Source of the DNA: Trichoplax sp. H2
Taxonomy: Eukaryota
NCBI GenBank assembly: GCA_003344405.1
Contig: NOWV01000140.1
Location: forward strand, 62,001-126,000
DNA: 64,000 nucleotides
Direction of reading: 5' to 3'
The notes under the pieces were generated by a model. It did no database searches. It was given only the letters and a program-made list of their open reading frames with translations, and had not been told where the DNA came from. The position numbers and the translations under genes are program-made. How positions within the stretch are numbered: position 1 is the stretch's first letter; every line of letters begins with the position of its first letter. Shown here piece by piece: positions 41,772 to 54,930 of the stretch.

Positions 41772-42190
41772 ACTGTGAGGTTGATAGATCAAGCATCTTC
41801 AAAACTTTCGAAAATTAAGATTTATTGAACAAAACCTCCTTTACGAAGATACAACGTAATCGATTAGCTGAGGACCTCTAACGAGAAAGAACTATCTTAC
41901 TATACTAAACTACTCGCTTATATACTTTTCCGTGTTTACAGTCTTAGCACCTTACTTAATACACACTTCAGTATTAGCATCTCAAATACACGATAGTTTA
42001 CACCTTTCATGTGAAGCTCTAGTGTGAGCACTGTAGCGCTGCTCTTCAGAAGGATTACAGTTACTAAGCTAGCTATATTTAATACTCAAGCTTCGAACGA
42101 GAATATCTATCACATGTTGAACACAACACCTACGGTAGACATTACTAAATATACCACCAACTTAGAATTCAATATTACACTGTCTTACAT
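41772..42190. repeat. Dispersed repeat family R1, copy 2 (inverted relative to copy 1)
   Basis: High-identity inverted match to 25190-25605. Confidence 0.85.
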
Positions 42191-42315
42191 GAACGCTCGA
42201 GAAAGTTTCATCGGAACAGTAAAAGATGCAGTTTTTTATCTATAGAAATAATCTGGAGTTAGAAAATAGTTATGTAGAATCATTCCTTATGAATTTAAAA
42301 TTATAGCCAAACTGT

Positions 42316-42588
42316 GATGGAGGGTTCGAAGAGGCAGATAATGTGGTTTTAGTTGCCATGCAGAGAATTGCACAAGGAGCTTAAGAAGAGAGGATACTAA
42401 ATTGTAGATATTAGTTAGGTACAATGTGATAATTACGGTAGATCAGCGTGGTAGCTGCCGTGAGTAAAGTGTGAATACTAACTGTGACTAATAATGCAAC
42501 TTAAAATTCTAAGGTAGAAAACGGCGGTATTTATAGCTATGGCATTAGAACACATTTAGAGAACATGATTGTAGGATTAGATACAACA
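42316..42588. repeat. Dispersed repeat family R2, copy 2
   Basis: High-identity direct match to 15856-16128. Confidence 0.85.
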
Positions 42589-44850
42589 CTAGTGCAAACT
42601 CCCGTCGCTTTGCTGACGGTTTACATGTAAATGTATCTGTATTTAATAGCAATACAAAATGTCTATATTTAAGAGTACATTACAGTTACAGTACAATCGA
42701 AATACACTACACAAACAAACTAAACTTACACTTTATTAATAATACTAGTAAAATTCCAGTTCAAATGAACAGGTAAATATTCAACACAAAGCAAGACATT
42801 AAAAGAAAATTTACAGCAAAATTATTTCTTACTACTGTACAAGTGTACATATGTTTGCTCTATAAGAGTAATTAAACTTATTTCAGTATACGCATTATAT
42901 TACCTCTAATCGAGCACACTGGTCATGGTACGTCGCTTACTTGCTTACTGGGTTTAACATGTTTCCTTATATGATCTAGATTGAGACTATAGTATACAAA
43001 ATTTGTTGCCATTTTTTATGTCAGAGTTTTTTTCTTACAAAGTCCGAATGTTAGAAAACATTCTTATAGGCAGTTTATTATAAGTGCATTCTATCCATAA
43101 AGTAGTTCATGATTCGAAAATAACCAAGCAGAATTATTCGTTAAACTGAACTAATATCAGTAAAATTAAGTAGCAATCTTCATCAATGCTAAGATTAAGC
43201 TAGGAGAATTATTGATAAAGCCTTACATTAAACTGATATTTATGTATTAGGTGCAATTTTTGTAGTAGTAAGAATGAAACCGAAAATAATCATGCCATAA
43301 GAATAGAAAGTAATAGCTAGAGAGACTATGCCACCATTCTATCATCAATATAACTGCCTGAGTACTAGATATTCTGGATGTTGGTAATGATTTCTATTGG
43401 CAACAGAATTTATTAACCCTTCTCCCATTAACAAGCTGGTAGATATCATAAGCTACTTGTAATCGGTTATATGTACAATTATGGTAATTTAGCGACTATA
43501 AGTTTGTAGAGATTGAATCATGTTATGATCATTATATGTTCTGTAATAAGGAACCAACAGAATAACTATCTTCTATAGAAATGTTGTAGCTTCTTGACGT
43601 GACAAAAATGGGGCTGCTACGTCGTCACATCTTCAATAATAAATTGTTAACGAATGAAATATATCGATGGTTCATTTTTTAAAATCGTTCGCATGCTCGC
43701 AAATAGCTTTCAAATCCATAAAAGCAATATAAATTCCGCCATTGTCAATCATACAGTATAGTAAGAAGACATCGATTACAACCATCATTAGATCCTCGTA
43801 CGGAAAATATGCCGTCTTACTAATTACGATAGAGAAATGAAGACAAAATATTACAGTTTCTCATCATCAAATATATTGAAAGTAATTTTTAATAGCCTCG
43901 AGTCACCATTATGATTTTGTTAGATGTTGTTATATATTGTACTAGCATACTCAGTCTAGATGTTTGAGAATTCGTTAACGCGTTGTTAAAGCGCCAAGTG
44001 ATGCATTAGTTGGCGGTTAAATTTCATGCTTTATTTTATGAGTTTACTTCATACTGAACGTGATTGAGTCAGTAATTCCATCATCATTTTATATCTACAA
44101 ATATTCTTATAATTTATTTTTGTGCATGTTATATTTTAAATAGCATACGATACAGCTTTATAAAGTCCCTATGCACTGCATAGTCAAAGAAAGATATAAG
44201 TGCCCAGCATACACTATTTTCTTTGATTCGATAACGTATAAAATAAAAGTTATTGGCTGATTGCAATTACAATAAAGTTTGGTCCATGTTTTCCTACAAT
44301 ATACTTGACAATAAAGAATAAATAATGATAAAAACAAGTTACTAAAACCACAAAAAGCAAAATAAAGAGTTTAAAACAAAAGGAAAATTATAATTAAAAC
44401 TATTCACCGACATTCTAGAAAATAGAGAGGATAAGCTGACTGTATGCTGTGCTTAATTAATCTAATGTTTAGTATGCGAAATAACTAAGCACTTGTACTA
44501 GTTCACCATTTTTTAATACATTATACACGCAAGTTTAAGTAGCCTAAAAACATATAATTTCATTAAAGTTGCGATAGCACAATGAAAAATCAGATAGCCT
44601 ATTGCTGTTGCTTAGGCAATAAATAAATATAGTTAAAACAGGAACTCTTATAAAAATTCAGCGGGAGGACTTAATTGTTGTATCAAAGCCCTCGATAAAA
44701 TAACAACGTGTACACCATTGCTACGAGAATATACTTTTACAGCCACTCCAGTTGCTATAATATCATAAAAATTAGAAATTTAGCCTTTTGTATCAGCTTT
44801 TACATAACACGACCTAAATTTATGTTTGTTCTGCTTAATGAATTGAAATT

Positions 44851-46588
44851 TTAAGCCGTAGATAGAAATATTGTGCTTTCGGGAGGCAAATATTTATTAC
44901 GCTTCAAAGATTTGAGACAGACATTTCCGTTAGCTCTAAAGCAGACTATCTTCATTGAATCGTTGCGGCATACGAGCAGACGGATTGGAGTTAATCCATC
45001 ATGTCTTGATAAGTATTCGATATTAAATTTCCAAATTATAACAATACCATTTCGCTCTTCAATTTCACTGAACTTCTACAACAGTGAAGGCAAGACCTCG
45101 TGTATATCCTATATGACGACAGTGGAGTCAAAATAAACCACTTTACTTCTAAGCAATCTACGTATATATATATATACATTGATTACAAAGTATTCCATAT
45201 TGTAGAAACGTCTAATTAATCATTTCTCATCTACAAATTACTACGTAAATCCATCGATATTCGTTTTTCTTGTGACTCACTTTCCTTAAGCAAAGCAGCT
45301 GTGTAGGGACCAATTTTGAATTTACTGCTTCAATGCAATGGCTGATATTATCGTCGATACTTTTAGACGTGAATCGTACTATAAATTGAAACGGCAAATT
45401 TTTTTGAAAATTTAGGCAACGACTAATCAGCAATAATTTTAGCTTTCTACTGAAGTGCATTAGAGACCGATAGAATTTGCGGTGTGGTATACAATAGTCT
45501 ACGTAGACATGCATTGATAAAATTAGAATATCAATAAATTAAATGCATGATGTGCTAGTGTGAGATAAATGTTTCTTCATATATTTATTATGATAATGTG
45601 AATAAAGTAAGTGAATATTATAATATTAAGCAATGTAGTACATTCTGGACACTTGCGCTTCCATAAATCTCGAAAAGCTAAAATTACTAAAAGTTTTAAA
45701 GTGGAGTATGTTACAATCCACCTAAGGGATAAATATTTCGCTGAAATACTATAACTGCCTCTTAATTAAACAAGAATAAAACGTTCAATCTGAGATAGTT
45801 ACCAGTAGTTGTTTCTTCACCGTATTTATATATTCCCGCAAATGTGCAACCATGAGCTGTCAGTGATCCAAGATCATGCATATAGTAATTATCACACCAT
45901 GTCAAGTAACTTCTTAACCGTTGACTGTAAATGTAACAGCCGCAGAAGTCTGATGTAGATGATCTATCAAGTGTATCTCTATTACACATTAAGCTTGTTT
46001 ATTGAACAGATTTTGCAGACTTCTGGCTTCTAAAGTGATACTTTTTAATGAATTTTAAGCTAATAAGAAGCAGACAGCAGAAGGTAACGACACCTAGCGA
46101 AGTTTCTGAGGTTCTGATAAGAGTACCTACGTTGGAAACGAATAATAATGATGATTTAGCAACTAACAAATGAAAAAATTATCTCTTCAATAATTAGAGG
46201 AAAAACCAAAATGAAAAACGATTACAGGTAAGTCTTTATTATCGATTACTTTACACAGTTACTTTGACGTAAGGTAAGCATTAAAACTACGTGGTATTAA
46301 TTAAAATCTAATTCTAGCAAGCAATCTGTTATCGCATCAGCAGAAATTTTAACCTTAACATCTATTTAAAGCTATTTCATGTAAGCTACACAGCTGTATA
46401 CTAGAAAGGGTAATATATGCTACGAAGTCAATAAGCAATGGACTTAATCTGAATACAATTTAATTTAATTTAAAAATATGTTAATAAACTCTATAAATTG
46501 AGAAATAGCAGTTGATCAATGCTACTTTACCTTGGCTGATCGTATCATTACTATTCGTTAACACGTCAAGAATTCGATATGCAGACAT
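44851..46588 (-). CDS. Family paralog P9: Cys-rich member with an in-frame TAG in the last exon (pseudogene or splice-rescued)
   Basis: Exons 46531-46588 (MSAYRILDVLTNSNDTISQ, tentative), 45803-45949 (147 bp, acceptor tentative; DFCGCYIYSQRLRSYLTWCDNYYMHDLGSLTAHGCTFAGIYKYGEETTT), 45242-45378 (137 bp; VRFTSKSIDDNISHCIEAVNSKLVPTQLLCLRKVSHKKNEYRWIYV), 44851-45108 (DIHEVLPSLL*KFSEIEERNGIVIIWKFNIEYLSRHDGLTPIRLLVCRNDSMKIVCFRANGNVCLKSLKRNKYLPPESTIFLSTA*). The TAG is at 45076-45078. Confidence 0.7.
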
Positions 46589-48416
46589 TTAACTACTTTA
46601 GCCTCGATGAAGTTCAGTTTTCGTATAAGAGAGGAAAAAGCTATTGGTTTAAGTGAGCTTGGAAAAAGACTGCACTGCAGTAGCGGTTGCCAGACTAAGA
46701 TTGAGATTAAGCACTCAGATTAGTTATCTTGATCTATTAACAAGACGGGGAAACATAGAGGTTTGAATGAACTAGGACAAAGATTTACACTGTAATAGAG
46801 CTTACTAGACTAAAGATAAACCTACAGCGATCATCATTCATTTATACTCTACTACCACTTTAATCCGTTATAGTTATGCTAATTAATCAATCAACATAAT
46901 TTGCATAGTTTGACAACTTTGATGGATGAGTCATAACGGAAATTAAGAGAAAATCTAGCTAAGAGAATTTTTTCTAGTCACACAGCCTGATGTGAGTTCA
47001 CGATCTTTTGGATGCCTGTTTAAGGCGTCCTCAGTTTTGAATTTTGATTGCTAGCTCAAGTTATGGCAAGCTGTTAGAAGACTATGATGCTGAGATACAT
47101 GCAGTACAGTTACTTTCGTTAGGAAAACTTTGGCGAAAGTCTGCAACTTAACTCTTCAAACAGACATAGGATTACTATATATGTACATGCAGAAGGTCTA
47201 TAATAACGAACGTTTGCATTCAATTTGCATAATTTATATTAAATAATAAAATATTAATCAGTAAGCGTTGAAGTATCAGTACCTCTGTCTTCGTGCTAGA
47301 TCAAGAACTTTGATGACCCAATGGACATAAAGTAAAAGTATAGCTTTAGTATGGGAAAGAAGAGGTTAAATAAACAAAATTATGGAGAAAATTTGCATAT
47401 AGTGTCATATAATGCGAGTCCAAACTATCAGATATCCTGATGGGCCTAATGTCTCAGTATGAGAAGAAATATTTCAATATCAGCCTGATCACTCCAAGAA
47501 AAGATAAGTAGGAAAATCTTGGCAATCAGGTCTTTGAGGTAACTTTTTCGCCTAATCCTGAAATATTGATGTAGTGCAGCCCAAATATAGCTTAAGATTA
47601 TATATACACTTATACAGTATGTGTGAATATCGTGCATGACGTAATTACTAGGCTAATTAAGATAGATACGCTTGTATAGGTGCTAGATCGTAGAGTGAGA
47701 TTAAATATGTGAGGATTTGTATTAGTAATTGCAATACGGATTGTAAAAGTTATTAGTCATACTGTTTGGCACCTCCAGGTACGCTAGAGGTGTGATGTTA
47801 GCCTTATTAAGGTAGATAACGATTTATGTGTCACGAAGATACTCTGTACACAATTGTATATAAGCAGGAGATTTTATCTCCGAAGACAGAGTAGCCATAG
47901 ATAATCTAGTCCTTGGTAGAAGACGTAATTATTGTAATAAAGTGATTTTCCTTCAAGTTGTGGAAGTCGTTGCGTTTCGATAGACACTTTATTACAACTA
48001 ACCATCTCACTGTAGTGATTTTCGTTGCAGATACTTAAGCTAGAAAAATACGTAACGAAATCTAACTTACATACTACTTCAAGCCAGCATGTGATAAGTG
48101 AGCTGGATTTTACGTAGGAAAATAGAATCACGTTTTTAAAGATATCCACGATAAATTATCGATTCATAGACCAAATTTGTTACGGTATAAAGTAAAATTA
48201 AAGTTCAGCTATGTGAAATGAATATTTAATGTTTTGGAAAATACATTATCATAAATTAAGGTTACTCACTCCTTTATAAAATATTTGAATCGAAAGTAAA
48301 TAAACTGTACGTGCGTGAATGATGTGATATTAGTTATACAATAAGCTCTTCAATACCAGATAACATATCCTTACAACAAGAGAATTTAAAGTACTATCAT
48401 GCCACTTTTGCGGAAG

Positions 48417-49308
48417 ATTGTGTAGTAAAAGGACTAAAAGTAGAGTCCTTTATAGTTTTTAGTATGTAATTAGTATTATTTTACTATACAAAATACCTAC
48501 AAAGTGATAGTGTCTTTAAGTTTTACCCTGCCAAATCATCATGTCGCCATCTTTTCTTCTTCATTATTTTACAAGGTATTATATAGATTACTATACAAGT
48601 AGCCCTATAGAGCAAATGCCTAATCTAAAGAAAGGGCGTTTGATCGTCTATTCAAATTGTAAAGAAATTTGACTTAGTAGCAAAACCCTATCCTTAGAGA
48701 AAGGGGATTTATAACATGACGATAAAGTACTGTAATGTAGTCTATACTCGTACAGTTACAGTACAATCTGACGCTAAAACATCAACTGTCAATACTCGCG
48801 AATACTAAGCGATACTAATGTCAGAAAAGTAGTCGTAATAGTCATATAAATTTTTTTGATAAGCATCGCGATTACTAAATAAATTTATATGACTATTATG
48901 ACTACTTTTCTGACATTAGTATCGCTTAGTATTCGCGAGTATTGGCAGTTGATGTTTTAGCGTCAGATTGTACGATAACTGTACGATTATAGACTACATT
49001 ACAGTACTTTACCGTCATATTATAAATCCCCTTTCTCTAAGGATAGGGTTTTGCTACTAAGTCAAATTCCTTTACAATTTGAATAGACGATCAAACGCCC
49101 TTTCTTTAGGTTAGGCAATTGCTCTCGGGTTACTTTTATAGTAATCTATATAATACCTTGTAAAATAATGAAGAAAAGATAGCGACATGATGATTTGGCA
49201 GGGTAAAACTTAAAACACTCTCACTTTCTAGGTATTTTCTATAGTAAAATAGTACTAGTTACGTACTAAAAGCTATAAAGTACTCTACTTTTAGTCCTTT
49301 ACTACAAT
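48417..49308. mobile_element. ~890-bp palindromic foldback/MITE-like non-autonomous element
   Basis: The left arm (~48421-48855, tgtagtaaaaggactaaaagtagag...) is the near-perfect reverse complement of the right arm (~48879-49306, ...ctctacttttagtcctttactaca), with a spacer of ~25 bp. No ORF. Further copies occur at 37929-38316 and, diverged, at ~8600-8770. Confidence 0.8.
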
Positions 49309-50897
49309 AGCTTGTCCAATTTTTAGACTAGAAGAATATTTACAGCCATACTATATCTACTTTGAAAGGTAGAACTTTACATACTTCTCATATTTAAAGA
49401 AAATTCAAACGCCTATGTAATTTTTATTATGGCGAGGTGGCTGTTTAATTAGTCGATTTGATTACACTCTCTTTAATAAGAGCAGATATGTCTACAGAAT
49501 CAAGTGGGACAAATACTTGTCCTATTCTTACAAATATGAAATATTTCCTATGGTAGACGATTTATTAATTTTTTCTCTTTTATCTTCATTATATAAATCG
49601 TTTTTGCTTGGATTAAGATCTCATTTACCGACTTACATTGCACTTTTATGGATTAAACAAGAATATCTGATTATGCAGAGTGCGCTATATTCGCCTTCAT
49701 CATATTAAACTAATTGACTAACTAGCAATACATTTTAACATTTTGCTGCTATTAAAAGATGAACTTAGTGTAATTGTTACTAGGTTAGCATAGTAACAAC
49801 TAGTCATATAAGAATTCGATTCTCTCATCAAAATAGAATTAAAATACAACATTCACTAATAGCATAACAAAAGTAAGATTTTATTATTGAATTTGAAGAA
49901 AATAATTAGAGCAAACTCTACAAACGTACACCCTATTGATATAAAACTTTGTATAGTGTAGATCAGTAATTAGATTTTCAGATCGAAATTATGTTAAAAA
50001 AGGCAACTGGTATTAAAAATATAAACAGCAATCAGGATTCAAAAGTTTTTCATTTAAGGTATCAGACTCGTAAGCTAGAATAATATCCACCATTTTATAC
50101 TTTGCTATGAAAAAACGAGCAAAGAATTAAAAAGTGAGTAAGATAATTATCATTTTTATAAACATTTTAGATATCTAGACTTGTACAATAGTTGATCATA
50201 CTGTTATGATCTATTTCCATTGCCCATTAAGATGAACCATAATTGTTACAGTTTGTATTTCAGGATTATCCGTACAATTTATTCTTTATAATAGACTTAC
50301 GGACTTTATTACTCATTATATTGATTATGATGCTTCTGCAGATTGCGAGTGTAGTGTAACATTGAGGGGAAAAAAGATAAATACGAGAAAAAATGGTCAT
50401 TAGCATAGTTTTGATTAAGAAACCGGGTTATAACATCCCAAAAAGATGTAATCTGATAGAATAATGCTAGTAAAGTAAAATAGATAAAGCATACAAGCTT
50501 GCTGATTATCTAGCAGAACTAACTAATAAAGTACCAAATTAAGAACAAGTTTGTCTTGCAATTTAAGAGGTAGATGACTGGAGGTTTGTTTGCAAAGAAG
50601 GAAGAACAATTAGGATACAATAGTTTAATTCTATATAATGATTTCTCTAGGATATAATAAGTTAAAGTGATAAATCAAATTTTACTGAGTAAATTATTTA
50701 ATTCATGCCATATATCTATGCAATAATGCTACAGTGTAACTAAAAGTAGCCGATACAGTTTATAATTATTACCAACACATGAAACAAGAAGTCTATATCT
50801 TTTAATCATTATGATTTGTCCAGAACATTATTTAGAAGCTGCCGCTATGGAATAACAATTTATTCTTAATTGATTTTCAATGACTGACTCATCACAA

Positions 50898-52492
50898 TTA
50901 AATCTTGACCATTCTTATACTGCTTTCAACTGGCATGAAACCCAAATTTTCATTAATTAATAGAACTTTCCCATCAGTATAAAAGCATAGCAACTTTTTA
51001 CCATCACTTATATTAACTAACAATTGGACTTCGGTCGATTCACAATATGGGTGATTTGGGCTATATGGCTCAGAGGAATATATAATAAATTCCCAAAGAA
51101 TAGAATCTTTGTTTTCTCTATTCCATTTCTTAAAGGTTTCTATAACGGTCTTTATATCGTCATTCAGTTTCTGTAAACCACCAATTAATCATTTTAGATC
51201 ATAAAATGGCCGTGTAAACGACTAAAAGTTCATATGTTGATCAATGGCACTTATTCGAGAGATATTATTACATAGCTAGCAGACTACTACTAAAATCATA
51301 ACATAAAATATATTTTCGATATACAGAACCATAGAATGATATTTTGCTATGTTATAATAAGCAGCGTAATAGCTCCAAAAATTTGATTCCATTTACTATA
51401 TATTTGCAGAATATGATTATAAACCTATTAACCGTCTTTTATATTAAATTTAATCTTCCGTAGAAATAATAGTAACAATATATTTACGTACTGTAATAAT
51501 GAACAGTTGCAGAAAAATTTGACTCCCATAACACAAAATTGAGCCATTTTTTCGTCTAAATCATTTAGCAAAGGTCTTGTAGCGTCTCTAACTATAACTT
51601 GATGATTATTGTAAGACAATAAATAATCGTATTTATTCACTGATATCGCCATAGTATCTTGTCTTAGTAAGTAAAATACTGCAGATATACCTAACTACTC
51701 GGTAGATTATTTTCGTTGTAAACTTACCACAAAGATCAACTCATATTCAGATTTATTTATTTTCTTCATGCACATCATCAATTTGGGATCAGAAGTTAGA
51801 ATAACCACAGAGTTAGCTATGTCCTCAGATTTGAATATAAATTGAGCTATGGTTTGATTGATAAATTGGAAATTGATCAGGCTCTGCGTAATAAGAAACT
51901 GTTTCAATTCAATTATTAATCTATAGCTGTTAGGAATAGTATTTACCGCAGCTGGGCTTTTCCTCAAGTTCATCCAATCCTTTAGCATATTTAGCAGTAT
52001 ACGCTGTAAGATGCTTGAAATTAAATTCGTGGTCGCTTTGCGCTAAGTAATAACCCAGCGAATTAAGATATACTTTTGTTTGGGTGCTGGCAAATTCTGA
52101 AACGATATTTTTATCATATCAAGCCACATGTTGCTTAATCAGCCATTATATTGCAACTGAAATGCACTGAATTCATAAATTCATAATTATATATGTAAGA
52201 TTTTTCCTAAAAAGTGTAGTATTCAATCTGCCTTCATTTTATAAAAAGTGCAATTTGAAATGCTGTTGATCATTGTTGACAAGGTATGTTAAATAATACG
52301 ATTCATCTATATATTTTTAAAGAAATTGAAGGTTACTTGATTAAAATCAGCAGCAGTAAGAGCAATTTACTATTAATTTAGCCAAATTAGTTACGATTTG
52401 CCAAATTAGCTTATCTTTAGAAAATAATGGATCAACTTTTTTGGGGTACAAACTAAATAGTAAACCAATTTACCTTTAGAAAAATTTTCCAT
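50898..52492 (-). CDS. Family paralog P10: putative IL-1-like beta-trefoil protein, 186 aa
   Basis: Coding exons 52474-52492, 51947-52096 (150 bp), 51728-51846 (119 bp), 50898-51170 (273 bp). MENFSKE FASTQTKVYLNSLGYYLAQSDHEFNFKHLTAYTAKYAKGLDELEEKPSCA QFIFKSEDIANSVVILTSDPKLMMCMKKINKSEYELIFV KLNDDIKTVIETFKKWNRENKDSILWEFIIYSSEPYSPNHPYCESTEVQLLVNISDGKKLLCFYTDGKVLLINENLGFMPVESSIRMVKI*. Confidence 0.88.
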
Positions 52493-54504
52493 GTTGTTTA
52501 ATTTGGTACAGAAAGTAAGCTGATATCAAACCAAGTAAAGTTAAAGGAGATAGGCGACGAAATTGATCTACTTAACCCGCTAATTAAAATCTTGATTGAA
52601 AAGGCAAAATTAGAAAGGAACGACCCTCTATTTATAATAATTTCATTTCCAAGTATTTCAGTACAAGGCTTTTAAAAGATCAATACGGCAGTAATAGAAT
52701 AGCATATAATTTTTCAAAATATTTGCGTAACGAAATAATACGCGTATTATTTTAATAAATAGCAAGATATTTTAGAAATTCGTTTGCCTTATTTTAATTT
52801 CTTTTCTTCAGGAATAATTTGTATAGTAAACGCAAATAAAGTAGTTTAGGTGCTAATTTTATTTAATGTTCTAAATATGTCACATACTTGCAAACTACAA
52901 TGGTCAGAAACAGAGGATATACATCGCATGATAACGTTAAGATCGATGACCTTTTTAATGACCGACAGCCAATAAATACGGGCGTATAATTATTTCTATT
53001 CTACGCTTAACATTGTATCTAATTTAATTGGTTTTATTGAATTCCTTTTTACGAAGCTGAAAAAAGGCATGTCTATAAAATAATAAAGTTAGGAGAAAAA
53101 ATCACTGTGAAATGTCGTAATTGTGTCAATATTTCCAAAACTTAATTGTTTGTAATTAGTCGTAGGCGGTCAATTTTCCCTTTGCGAGTATAACAGCACC
53201 TAAAGTTACTTTAATTTTAATTTAATATAACTATCACTTGATACTGAAATAGAATTAGATTAGTATGTATATCCGCATACTGGTTAATCCTATTTTAAGC
53301 CAGTAATGAGATCATGATAAGTATAGCAGTGATACAATCCCGATTTATGTCAAAAACTGTCGCAAAAATAATGAATTAACACAGACTATGTGAAGAATAC
53401 TATCTAGCTAGCAGCAAATGGAAAACTGCTGATGATGTATCAAACTTCCTCATTAGTAAATAGGAAAATAATTTTCTATAGTCTTAAATTGTCATAGGAT
53501 AACATCAATTTCATGGTTCGATTGTAAATTAGCTAGATGAATCATAACTGACATTAAATATATAGCATATTCAAATTTGGCAAAAAAAGCTATAGGATTT
53601 ATTATTAGCAGGCGTAGCAGTAAGTTAGTCGGTTACTTTATTTTCGAAAATAACCTCAATCTGAGAAAGGTATCTAGGGAAGTTAAAAGAATCATTAAAT
53701 AATAATATAATACAACACACACTCTATCGTTAATATGGCTAACATTACGTATACTAAAAGCACGTAAAGGAATTTTTTTATCGAGATTAGCATTATCTTC
53801 GATATTGCGTACATTTCATCTTTCATTAGATTCTTAGATGAGATTTAAAATTAAAGAAAAATATTTTCATTTAAATTTTCTGCCGCTTTTAGTCTTGTGC
53901 AAACAGTTGGCTACCGATGTTTTAAATGGGTAATTACATTTCTTTTCATCCTTTTAAAACTTTGATCGCTTTATAGGAGAATTATAGATATGTTATTAAA
54001 GTTAATGAATGGATTTGCGCAACTAATATAAAGGCATATGGATATATCCTTTAAACGAAGAGAAATAGTGATTGACAGAGAATAAATATAGAGAAAAATG
54101 AAGAAAGAAAGGAAAGAACTAAATAGACAAAGATATCGATGATATTGATGGATTTTTTGTTAAATAATTAAATAGTCATGAACAAGCTAATGATTTCAAC
54201 GCCACTCTCGCTAGATAATCTCCTAGAACCGCTTCTAGTTCATAAAGAGCTAGAGGATTCGTAAATATAGACATTGTTTACAGTCAAGTCAACTCAAAAT
54301 TCATTGGATAGGAAATAAATTAAAAGAGTTGCAATTTAAACTCCAAATAATTACAAACCTTTTTATAATACTTATGATAGTTCATCAGGTTCATTTACAG
54401 TGAAAGTTAGCTAGATTGATCTATGCATCTACCATAAGAACAAATTATATATGTAGTTTATCATTGATGCTATATTTTTGGCTTAAAGTAGATTAATGCG
54501 TATA

Positions 54505-54930
54505 AGTAAATCATTTATGCTAGGTTTCTTTGCTTAAAGATGAATTATTGAGGAGAATAATGTAACTAGGATATGGTCAATTGCTAAAGGAACATATAGA
54601 TCTACAACAGAAACAAATTATTAATGCAAGTAATCACTTATATAACTTTTCCTAGCTGATGGAAAAATTGCAAGAGTGAATAATTAGGAACTAGTCTTTA
54701 GCTAAAGAAACATATAGATCCACAATAAAAAGCTACAGGACTTGCATTTAATCCTTGTTATGATTTTTTTTTCTTAAAAATAAACTACAGCGATGAACAA
54801 TTAGGAAATGATTAATAACAAGACAAATATTTAGATCCACAATAATAAACTATGCGTGCAGTTTGATCATTTACGTGATTTTTCCTAGCTTAAAAGCAAA
54901 CTACAAGGGTGGATAATTGGAAATTGGTCA
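54505..54930. repeat. Degenerate tandem repeat, ~120-bp unit x3-4
   Basis: catatagatctacaa / catatagatccacaata / tttagatccacaata occur at ~54593, 54711 and 54830. ttttcctagct and aattaggaa recur with the same period. Confidence 0.65.

Noticed and set aside
46211-46233. Plus-strand ATG...CAG|GTAAGT strong donor inside intron 1 of P9
   Set aside because: No downstream acceptor or coding exon was identified; such a site can arise by chance.
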